DNA from: Gnetum montanum
Lineage: Eukaryota; Plantae; Gnetophyta
Assembly: GCA_015680685.1 (NCBI GenBank)
Contig: MNCI01002616.1
Location: 130,378 to 194,377 of the forward strand
Direction of reading: 5' to 3'
DNA: 64,000 nt
Each line of letters begins with the position of its first letter. The first letter of the stretch is position 1. The translations under genes were made by a program, and so were the position numbers. The notes below the pieces were generated by a model that was given only the letters and a program-made list of their open reading frames with translations, was not told where the DNA came from and did no database searches. Shown here in pieces: positions 47,211 through 58,567 of the stretch.

Positions 47211-50200
47211 GTTGAGCAAAAAATGGAAATTCATCACGATCTCTCCACACCTTTAGCTTTAGCAAGTCCACATGGTAGGCTTGCAAGATAGTTGAACCCA
47301 GACTTGATCGCTTGGGAGTCAATCACAACTAGCACCATAGCATCCTTAGAAACATCCGCAGATTGGCTTGAGCATCTGGTCCAAACCATAGATTTAGAGG
47401 TCGGGGATGTAACTAAAGATTCTCTTGTCAAGATGCCTATGACCACGTCCAAGGGGGAAGTAAAAAAATCAAAGCTTAGTTCCCTCTTAGATGTGTAGAC
47501 ACACAAACATATAGCTAATATTCTACAAGACAACATTAAGGTCTTTGCATGGTCATATAGCGATATGTCGGGTTTAGATCCAAGGCTGATACAACACAAC
47601 ATTCTCCTAGACCCATGGATGAAGGCCGTCAAGCAGAAGGCTCGTAAGGTTAAACTAGAAATTGCACTAGCCATAAGGGATGAAATCACTAAGCTATACC
47701 AATCTGGTTTCATCCTTGTAGTTGATTATTTGGAATGGGTGTCCAACATTGTTGTGGTTTCTAAGAAAACGGGAGGAATACAAATCTGTATAGACTTCTG
47801 GAATCTAAACAAAGAAATGATCAAAAAATATTTTTCACTTTTGATCATTGATCAACTCATCGACCCTACGGTTGGTCATGCTCTTCTATCCTTCACGGAT
47901 GGCTTCTCTAGCTACAACCAAATCTGTATCAACCCAGACCATCAATTAACAATGACCTTCATGACTTCATGGGGTACCTTTTTTTACATCTTGATGTCTT
48001 TTGGGCTTAAAAACACTGGAGTGACCTACCAACAAGCCATGACCTACATCTTTAGTGACTACATACTAGAAATGCTAAATGACGACATGGACAATATAGC
48101 GGTCAAGTCCAAAGAGGCTGCTAATCACCCACATGATCTAGGGGTAGTCCTCAAGTGTTGTCAAGTGCATGATTTACGTCTTAATCCTAAAAAGTGCGTC
48201 CTCGGGATGAAGACCGGATGCATGTTGGGGTTTGTAGTATTAGAGGATAGGATATGGATGGACCCTGAGAAGGTTAAAGCCATCATCAACCTAGAACCTC
48301 CTACAAACCTTAAGGAATTGCATGGTCTGTAAGGTAGGGTATAGTTCATCTGAAGGTTCATAACAAAGTTGATTGAAAAGTTACACCCCATGCAACATCT
48401 TCTAAAGAAATGGGTTAACTTAGAATGGAAAACCCAATGTTAACAAGCCTTCAATGACTTGAAGAAAGAAATTTTGCACCTCCCAACTATGCATTCGCCA
48501 CAAAGGGATAAGCCTTTCTTCATCTACCTTGCCACCTCTGACACATCTATTGTAGCACTGTTATGTCAGAAATGAGACGACGGATCTAAGATTCCAGTGT
48601 ATTACCTGAGTTATTCATTAATAGCGCATGAGGAAAAATATAATGAGGTGGAGAGGAATTTCCTTGCCTTAGTTTTTGTGTTGAAAAAGTGGAGGCATTT
48701 CTTGTTTCACAATATAATTAACATTATTTGCAAAAGCAACATACTCAGGGCTATCACTAACAACCTGTATGAAAGCAACAGGATAGCCTGGTGGAATGCA
48801 ATAACCATGGAGTTCGACTTACACTATGTAAGCCAATCATCAACAAAGGCTCAAGCCATAACGACCCAACTTACAGCCTCACCTGTCGACGACCATGCAA
48901 CCATAGATCCCGAATTCCCAGATGAGCATGTTGGCACTATCAACACCATCCCATTGCACCTAGAAGCTACTTTACACTTTGACAGCATCTCAACTATTTT
49001 AGGAGGTAGCGCAGCTACTGTCATTACTTTTCCCTCTAGGGAAATGTGTCCTTTTGCTTACCATTTTGCATTCCCCTGCACCAACAACATGGTAGAGTAC
49101 GAGGGGCTACTGAGAGGCCTCTCAGTTGCCCAAACACTATGCATACAATACCTGGTGATTCATGGTGATTCACAGTTAGTTGTAAATCAAGTCATCAAGG
49201 TCTATGTCTGCAAGGCTACACACCTACAATCCTATTGCAACCTAGTAAAGAGCCTACTCAAATAGTTTGCAACTACGGATGTGCAACATGTGCCACGTAA
49301 TGAAAACACTGTGGTAGATGCCTTAGCCACCCTAGCATTAAATATTCCACCAAACTCATTTGCAAGTCTATCAACTTCGATCGTTGAATGTATTGAGCCT
49401 ATCACTCAGGCAGGACACATGGCCTCTACCAGTGCTGCAGATACCCAGGAGTGGTACACTAACATTAAAGCCTACCTGCAACATGGTGAACCCCAAAGTA
49501 GACTGACATCTACCCAGAGAGATGTGATTCATAAGCGTGCCTAGCAATATACGCTCATGGGGAATGATGTCCTATGCAAGCGTTCCTATGATGGGATATT
49601 TTTGGAATGTGTGGGTGAGGAGCAGGCACAGAAGGTGATTAATGAAGTACATGAAGGACTATGTGGTGGACACATGGCACCTAGGGCTTTGGCTGTGAAA
49701 ATTAGACACCTAGGGTACTACTGGCCCCATATGGAGCGTGATTGTCTGTCAAAGGTCAAGACGTATGACACATGCCAGAGATATGCAAATCTCATACACA
49801 TCTCACCTACAGAGCTGCACCCAACATAGATCATGTGGCCTTTCCAGCGATGGGGCCTAGACCTCATAGGACCCATCACACCTAAGTTCTCCACAGGGCA
49901 TAGCTTCATCATCACCAGCACTGAGTATTTTACTAAGTGCATGGAAGCTATCCCCCTAAGAAAAATGACATCTTAGCAGGTTTTCCATTTCATCTTGGAT
50001 AACATCGTGACAAGGTTTGGGCTTCTGATGACTATTGTAACTGACAATGAACCGCAATTCAGTAGTACGGAAACTCGAACCTTCTGCAACAATCTAGGCA
50101 TTAACAATCACTCTCCTCCCCATACTACCCACAGGTGAACGGCCAAGCGAAGGCTACAAATAAGTCCATCATCAACTTGCTGAAAAGGATGCTTAGCAAT

Positions 50201-50685
50201 AGCAAGAGGTGGTGGCATGAGCAAATCCTCTATGTTCTATGGGCCTACAAGATGACATGTAGAACCACGACAAGTAAGACTCCTTACAGTCTTGTTTATG
50301 GATCTGAAGCTATGTTGCCTCTTGAGGTGTAGGTACCATCATAATCCTCTCTAATGTCATGAGTAAAGCCTAGAACAACGAGTTAAGGATTATCGACCTT
50401 GACTCAATATAGGAGCAGCATGCATAAACACTAACTCGCATAGAGTGCTACCAGAGTAAGCAATAGAAAAAGCATTGCATAAACCCGTATCAAAGGCCAA
50501 TACAGAAGGGTGACCTCATCCTCAAGGTTGTCCGTAAACATGTGAGAAAATTCTCAGCCAACTGGGAAGGCCCATACATGGTCACTAAAGCCTTTGGGAA
50601 TGGAGTCTCCAAGCTGGTGAACATGGACGACAATGAGTGTGCAAACCTGGTGAATCACTCGTACCTCAATTCATACTACATCTAA
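47211..50685 (+). pseudogene. pol: pol of element C (RT-RH-aRH-INT), degenerate
   Basis: LSFTDGFSSYNQI, TNNMVEYEGLL, GDSQLV, HEGLCGGH, WGLDLIG and NWEGPY. YxDD has decayed to DMDN. Confidence 0.95.
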
Positions 50686-50704
50686 GCACATGGAGCAGCT
50701 TCGC

Positions 50705-51010
50705 CATCATTTTCTATGACATAAAATTGGCATGCATGGTTCACTACGACATAAAACTAGCATGCATCATCCACTACAACATAAAACTGGCATGCATCAT
50801 CTGCTACGACATAAAACTGCATAGGTGAGTAAACATCCTCTACGACATTAAACTGGCACAACTTCACCAACGTCTGCCATGATGTAAAACTGGTGCACAA
50901 CATCCACTATGATGTTAAACTGGCATAGATGATTTTCTGGGACCTTAATCTGACATGGTGGTCTACTGAGACCCTAAACCATCACATGGTCTACCAAGAC
51001 CTTAAACTGG
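50705..51010 (+). repeat. Post-integrase 30-bp array of C (CTACGACATAAAACTGGCA)
   Basis: Period 30 read directly. Confidence 0.9.
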
Positions 51011-52500
51011 GTTCACAGCACATCCCCAGCATGCATCTACACCAAGCACCCATCAAGTGAACGTGCACAGTGCTGACGCAGGGTGGGACATTGTAGTTCC
51101 ATAATGTAGTTCACAATGCACTGAGAACATGATCTAGAACATATGCAATGTCGTTGCTCCTAGCACCTTGCTGATCCCCCAGAGATATCATAGGACATCT
51201 CACTAACCCCGCGAACCTACCATCGCCACAACCCATCACCCTGATGGTACCTCCTTGGTCAGTGCTTGCTATTGGAGTCACACTGGTATTGTGGCCCAGC
51301 CACAATATTTTTATCCTCTAGCTCCCCACCAACGTCTGGGCTCAAGAGACCTTTAGCTATGTGGTAGCTAATCCCATAGCTGAACTGAGAATGCATGCCT
51401 TAGGCGGGGATTCAAGAGCATTCGCACTCACAGCAACTCTCTGCTCCTTCGACGCTCACTCCTCCACATGAATGCTACTAAGGCTACTGCTAGCCTTCTT
51501 GCTTTGGACATTGTACATCAGCAAATATGTCCAAGAGCTTCAATAACGTCTGCAGCAAGCAAGACATTTGCCTTCATTGCACATGGCTATTTCTTCTGGT
51601 TCGCTCCTTGTTGCAATTACAGGGTGCGTCCCAAAGAAGCACCGGATGAAGGTGCATCTTGCCACAGCAATAAATGCTACAACATTATGAAATGGCCATC
51701 TTGATTAGCTTGGCCACTTGAGAGTACACATCCTTCCCTTTGCTTTGCTTCTTGCACCCACAATATCCACCCGCAATCTTCTTTCAAAAACCTATCAAGA
51801 CCTCCTGTTTGCCCAACCGCAAAGTTCATGACATGCGTAACATAGCTTGCGACATGGAAAGCACCTATATGTAGGTTAACGCCCCCACGCAGATGTAACA
51901 CAACTCATTTGGGGAAAGAAACACCCATCCTACAGCAAGGTTATTCACAAATGTAAATGGTGAAACAATAAAAGGAAAGAGCACAAGAGAGTAGAGAACT
52001 CACTGTCCATGACATTCATAACACAGCTCGCCACATGGACAACATCTGCTTCACAATCACCTTCTCCAAACACTTCAATAGGAGGTCAAAGATCAACAAA
52101 AGTAAATATGAAAACATGAAGACTTCCCCACGAGCACTTCGATAGGGGACCCTGCTAAACCTCATCTTTACCCTCTTCCTACACCTCCTTCTTCCCTGCT
52201 TCATCCTCCTCATGTCAACAAAAGTAAAGATGAAAATGCACAAACTCGCTCAGGAGCACTCCGACGAGGGACTCTGCTAAGCCTCATCTTTATCCTTTTG
52301 CTAAATCTCCTTCCTCCCTACTTAATCCCTTCCCCTTGCAAAAAAACCAATGCAACACTCTCAAGTATAGCTAAGTGACGTCTCGACAATCACCGCACAA
52401 CAATGTTGGCATTTTGTCTTTCGTGGTGTTTCGTATTCTTTGTTAACATCTCTCACGTCCATCCTCCAAACATCTTCAAACATCGACAAAGAAGGGCCAA

Positions 52501-54327
52501 TGAAACACCACAAAGTTTCAAGCTATCCTTGCTTCACTGGGTCCTCAGAACCTAGGTGGCGTCACATCACTTTGGCAAGAAGTGAACACTCTAAGTTCAG
52601 ATTGTCTAGTTTGGAAAATTTTCTACTTTAGGTTTCGGCAGGCTCAACGGACCCTCCTGCCTACCTGAGTAGTTCATCCAGCTAAGATCTTATTCAGAAG
52701 TGATGCAAAGAGTTTTCGGCAATGCTCAGGATACAAGAAATAGTTTGGAAAATTTTCTAAGTTAAGAAGTTTGCTACTCTATGCTACGCTATGTAGCATA
52801 GTAGGCTTCAGAAGACAGTTGCAAAATGAAGTTTCTAAGTCAAAAGGTTTGCCATGCTATGCTATGCCATGTGGTGTAGCAAGCTTCAAAAGGGAGGCTG
52901 TAGAATGGAGTGCTACGCTATGCCATGCAGCATAGCACAGTGTAGCAAAAGCCTGCCAAGCAGCTCCTTCGCCTGACTCCAAGTCCTTCAGCGATGGATC
53001 CTTCCACAAGGAAGCAGCAAACTTAGTAAAAAAAAAGTAGGCCATGTTATTTGCTACATTGTAAAAAAAAATCAAATTTAGTAAACAAAAAGCAAACTTA
53101 GTAAACAAAAAGAAAAATTAGTTAAAAAAGTAGGCTCTTCCAGGAGAATGGAAGGCATCTCCAAAGGCAAGATCAGCAAGTTTGCAAGTTTCACAGTGCA
53201 ACAGAGTTTGCACATTGTTGGCATTTTAGCACAAATGCCAAAAGTAGTCAAGAACACTTTAGAGGCTTCCAAACACATGTAGTAGGATGAAACACAAGTT
53301 GTTGCTTCAAACTTGTGGCTATGCTATGCTACATTACATAGCATAGCATGGCGTAACAAGTCGCCACACTACGCCTACACGCTACACTACAAAGTACAAT
53401 GCGGCGTAGCAGACAGTTACACCACATCAATGCACATCACCTAATTTCACTATTGACATGCATCTCCAAGCTCTAGCAGTGTAATTATAGCATGGCAGGT
53501 TTGCAATTACAGCATGGCAGGCTCATCCAACAAACATGCATGACCAATGGTCATGCATGTCCATGCAGTATAGATAAGTCAACAGAGGCCCAAGACATGT
53601 GGTGTCCAAATCACATCTATCGGGTGCCCTTGGCCCTATAAATACCCCAAAGAGTGATGCTCAAAGGGTTTGGTCTAGAATAAAAAAAATAAAAAAGAAG
53701 GGACTTTTGGTAAGACAGTCAGCTGGTTAGTGAATTGGCTGACTAGCAAGCAAAAAGTTAGCATTGTACTCCTGCACCTTGTAAACACCTTATTTGGCAT
53801 TGTAAACTTTTTGTTTGCACTATAAGAAATTGGCACTCTCCCTTGGCATTTTTTTCTGCTCTTTCTGGCTACCATCATAGAACTCAGCATTGTTGACTCC
53901 TGAGTTCACGTTCAAAGGTACAGTTGTCTTACTCTAGACATCTCGGTTAGCTTTGGGATCTTTGTGCTTCCCAGTGTTGTGCAACCAACTATATCCACCT
54001 CGACAAAGTGAATTCATGCTCCTAAAGTAGTGCATTTTTCTAACTGCAATTTACTTTGTTTTTTCTCGTTTGTCATTGCATTTTAAATTATTTTCTATTC
54101 CTTTTGCATAAAATTATTATTTTATGTTAAAAGTCTCATTTTCAAATTATCCATTTATGAAAGGCTATATTAATGCCAACTAAGTCCCTGTCTGATCGAC
54201 CAGACCTTTCAGGGTGCCCCATCTCTATTTTATCCAAGATATCCCTCCTAAAAATTCAAGGTTAATAATGTTCGACAACCAATGACCCGTTGGCATTTTC
54301 TAGCTATCAACGTTTTCTATCGCTATA
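52501..54327 (+). repeat. 3' LTR of element C, preceded by PPT AAAGAAGGGCCAA
   Basis: Colinear with 35496-37290. Confidence 0.93.
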
Positions 54328-57300
54328 GGGGATTGCCCATCGGCACATTGTCAAATATGCGATCAAACTCACCAGTGTCCAAATGAATCCCCTCTCCTTC
54401 CAGTTGACCCAACAACATAGTAGCATCCTCGATGCTCATGTGCCCCTCTGGCACTGAGCTTCTCTTTGCAAAAGGGTCATCAGCAAGGGCCTCTTCTTGA
54501 TTACCAGGAGCCTCTTCCTCATTGGTCAAGCCCCTTTCTTCGTCAGCATGGGCCTCCTCTTCATCGATAGAGACTTACTCCTCACCAGCCAAGGCCCTTT
54601 CTTCTATAGAAGGGACCCCTTCTTCATTGGCTGGGGTCCTCTCCTCTGTAGCTGGAGCCTCCTCATTTTCATCAATCTTCCCTGTTGTAGGGGCCACCAC
54701 CTCTTATTCTCCTTCTTCCTCTTCTTCCTTATAAATAAAGTATAGTCACAGTAAGCAAATTACACTAACTTGAAGCAGATGCTACGTTGAGCAATGCTAC
54801 CTAGCATAACACAACATAGTAAATGTTAGCAAATAAATAAAAAAAATTTACCAATTGGAGGTTGAATTCTATGAAGTTTGAGTCATAACTTCTTCCCCCT
54901 CTCTTCGTTAGTATGGGGGGTATCGTTGGTAGGGTGGGACCTCTTGCGTTGCAACTTGGTTGTCACCATCTTTGCAATGAGGCATTCGTCCTTTGTCACA
55001 TTACCAATGGTAATGGGAGGTGCCTCTTCCACACTTTCCTTGGCCCAAAAGTTGCATGCCACCTTATCCCTGGTCATCATTGAGAATGATTCCCTAATAG
55101 CTTTCGGGGGATCCTAAGATCGGGTGGTATGAAAGACTTGGTAGATCCACGGTTTGGAAATCTAGCTACAATCTTGTAGTACCCAGACACCATTCTCACG
55201 AACTACCAAGAATTCTACAAAACACCATAGGTAGACTATGAAGAAGGCATGGTGCACATTGAAATAGGACTCAAGCTTCCCGTTAAGCTTGACCATTTTA
55301 GCCTACATGCCTCTACAAAGGTGTTTGGCCTAATTGTAATGGGTCCCCTCTTCCATGACATCCCTCATTATCCAAGCCTACTCAAATCCAATTATTTTTC
55401 CTTACAATAGCAACTTGGGGAAGGCATGGTCATGGAAGACAGGGTAAACTATTTTGGCCACCCATAGCCTGACTTTCTCAATATAGATCCCCTTTTGGTC
55501 CTTGGCTGCCCCTAGCCACTCCTCGATGTTCCCTTGATTGTGTGCACCTTTCTTAAATTTTTCTCCCATAGGGAGACAATCAAAAGGGACGTCAAAAAGA
55601 TCTACAAATAATTGGTCATTAATCTTGAACATGTGTGTGGAAGCGGTCCACTTTTTCAGAAAAGGAGTTAGCTAGGGAAAGCATTTCAGTAGGTGGGATG
55701 TTTAGGCTAATAGCCAAAAATAAGTCCATAAGCCTAGCCTCCTAAAGGTTATGGACAAGCATGGTTGGGGCCCCATTGCAGAGCCAACACTAGGTCTCCT
55801 CCACCTCCCCATACTTGAAAAATCGGTTGGCCTCGTTATGCCTGGAGGTGATCACAGTAACCTCTTGGGATTTCTTTACCACTAAAATGTTTCGCAAAAA
55901 ATAAAAAAAAATAGAGGGTTAGAAAAAGGTAAAAATCACTCAAACATGTAATAGTAAATTCACACTTTATCGTACTAGGTTTAAATGGTGTGGGAAATGG
56001 TGGGAGATCCACCAACATGTCTTCAACAGTGAGCGGCTTTAGGGATGCCCATTCCCTATTCAACCAACTGGCTTCTTTACACTTCCCATAAAATTGGGAA
56101 TACCAGGTTGGATAGGTTTTGAACTCACCCCCAAATTGGCCTATTACACTAGGGTGCATATTCCTAGTGGAAGAAAACTCTCGCAGGGCCATCTATGTGA
56201 ACACCAAGGTGTCTATATCACTATGGAGACCACTCATATTGATAAAAAAAACTAGAAAAATAAAAAAAATTCATATATACACTATTAATACATGTGTCTA
56301 GCATAGCATGGATTATACAATGACAAAATACCTTTGTAGAACTCACCTGCTGGCATAATAAACAGTTCTAGGTGGGTTTTGAAAGCAGGTGCCCATGTGA
56401 TAGGCAACGAACAACGTGTTGTATAAATGATAGCAGTTATACTTAGGCATTTCCTAGATCCAACTTAAGCACCTTAAGCTTTTTGGGAACTAGTTGGAAT
56501 CTTCTTACTGATCACCCCTAATTGATCCATCAGTCAAAAATTTCAGAATCCCCTGGTTTGCCCTAGGCAACAGGGTTTCTGTGATTGCGGCTGCTATCTT
56601 CACTGATAAATGTGATCAAACAATCACACTAAAATGTTGGAGGAGGAATTCTAGGAAGTCCCACGTGCCCTCTCAGAACTAGACTACCTACCATCCCGCA
56701 TGTGCATGGGGAGGAGGGACATTGGCCACCGGTTCGCTAAGGTAGCATAGGACTCCCATAATTTTGAGGACAATCAAAATGGGTTTTAACATGACCCTGC
56801 ATAACGAAGAACCAAATGTTAGCACTGTGTACGAGTGAAGGTTACACATAGCGTAGCGTAACCCTCTGATTACATGTAGCATAGCATGACACGTTCTGTG
56901 CATATAGCGTAGCATGAGCCCCCCCAGTCGCAAATCTTTCTTTAAAAAAAAATAAGAAAAAAACAAAAATAATGGGCAATGGAGAAACATAATACTTGTA
57001 GTGTAGCATAAGCATCAAGCCCTACATAATGTTACAACATTTAGATGCAAATGCATGACACGTGACGTAGCAAATGAACATGAATAGATAGACACACAAG
57101 ACATCACTATGATGGGCATGGCAATATGGAAAACTTAACAACAAACAAATTGAGCAATGTAGCGGTATTGCAGATTCAATAGCATAGCAATGCGATAAAC
57201 CTAAAGACCTTACAACATACTAACATACCATAATAAAAAACATTACAAAGTGTAGACAAGAAATAATTCACTGTGCTAAAACCATACTTCTACTGTACAA

Positions 57301-57745
57301 AGTAACTCGTGCTATACTATGTTAAACACGTGTCTCATTTGTCAAATCTTGCAGATGGCCAAACCCTCCTAAGGGTGATGCGCTACGCTAACCATGCACT
57401 AGGCTATCCAAATTCATCCAAACCCCGATGAAAAGATAGTCATAACAATAGTGGTAGAGGCGATACTGCATACAGCTATAGTGTAATGTATGTACAACCG
57501 TTGTGGCCAACTAGCAATAGTGGCAACATATTAGCCAAAACGGCAACCAAAATAATGGTAAAAAACATGGATTTCAACAATAACAATTATAGTGATCTAA
57601 AAAACAAAGGTGGCATGGCAACTTACCAAGAAGACGAAGTCTCCTCTTGCACTTCAATGCACGCCTAGGATAGGAACCCCAGAGTGTCCTTGACTTCATC
57701 CACCTTAGCGAGCCCTCAATGCTTGTGTTTGCCTTTAGGTGCCAT
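54328..57745 (-). pseudogene. Antisense spliced cargo gene of element B, 5' part; it continues at 34799-35495 and ~16930-17582
   Basis: ATG at 57745 (MAPKGKHK..LAKVDEVKDTL). HAD-like exon 56347-56796 and FVDLFDVPFD exon. Downstream exons (NKFTFMEGVVDDMI, coiled coil) lie beyond the C and A insertions. Confidence 0.78.
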
Positions 57746-57873
57746 TGCTTCACTCTCGAATGCTATTAGTTGCTATGCTACACTATTTTTCTTTCTCTTG
57801 GCATGAATGCACTATGCTCTATATGTGGGCTGTATGCTCTAACAATAAAAATGATAAGTTTACCAAGGGAAAA

Positions 57874-57888
57874 CCCCTATTTATAGCC
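57874..57888 (-). promoter_or_regulatory. Putative TATA box of the antisense gene in B
   Basis: GGCTATAAATAGGG on the minus strand ~130 nt upstream of the ATG. Equivalent sites occur in C (~46546, GGCCATAAATAGGG) and A (~24370, TATAAG). Confidence 0.55.
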
Positions 57889-58069
57889 AACACGGTGAAA
57901 AGAACTTGCCATTTTTGCACCCCAAGTAATGTGGGATGCCAAATATAGCGTAGCACTTTCATGTCATCAACTTGTGATAGCATAGCATTCTTGTCTATAA
58001 ATAGGTGGGCCCAACCAAAAATTTCGTCCCACCTTAAATTAGCAACCTACCTCTACAAAGCCTACACGC

Positions 58070-58445
58070 CATGGTCCGCAAAGACCTAAAACTAGTAACC
58101 TTATCCACCAACCTGTTAATGGTCCACAAAGACCTTAAACTAGTAACTTTACCTTTACAACCTGTTAATGGTCTGCAAAGACCTTAAACTAGTAGCCTTA
58201 GTTTCTGAACTCCACCCATTAACGGTCTGTTAAGACCTTAAACTGGCAACATCGATTTACATTTTGACATATACTGTAGCATGAGTATGGTCCGCCATGA
58301 CCTTAAACTAGTATCTTTAGCACCCATTTTGTATTTTAAACTAGATTTTGCAATGATATGATCCACCATGATCTTAAACTGGTAGAATTAATGTCCCTTG
58401 CATGTTTGAACCCGCTCATGGTCTGCCAAGACCTTAAATTGGTAA
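58070..58445 (+). repeat. Pre-pol array of B (ATGGTCYGCAAAGACCTTAAACTRG)
   Basis: About 7 spaced units read directly. Confidence 0.85.
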
Positions 58446-58567
58446 CTTGCGAACTTGGACAAATATTTGACGATCATTTCATGTTTCATTGTTTCTTTGC
58501 AAATATTTATTACGTTTTATTACTACAAATAGGTATCACTTGATTAAGATTTCTCTTATTGTGGCAA

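Larger units (their letters stand above)
35496..54327 (+). mobile_element. Element C: full-length 18.8-kb Tat/Ogre-like LTR retrotransposon nested in B
   Basis: Paired LTRs 35496-37290 and 52501-54327, PBS, PPT, gag-PR and pol. The TSD is imperfect (GGGTG versus GGGGA). Confidence 0.93.
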
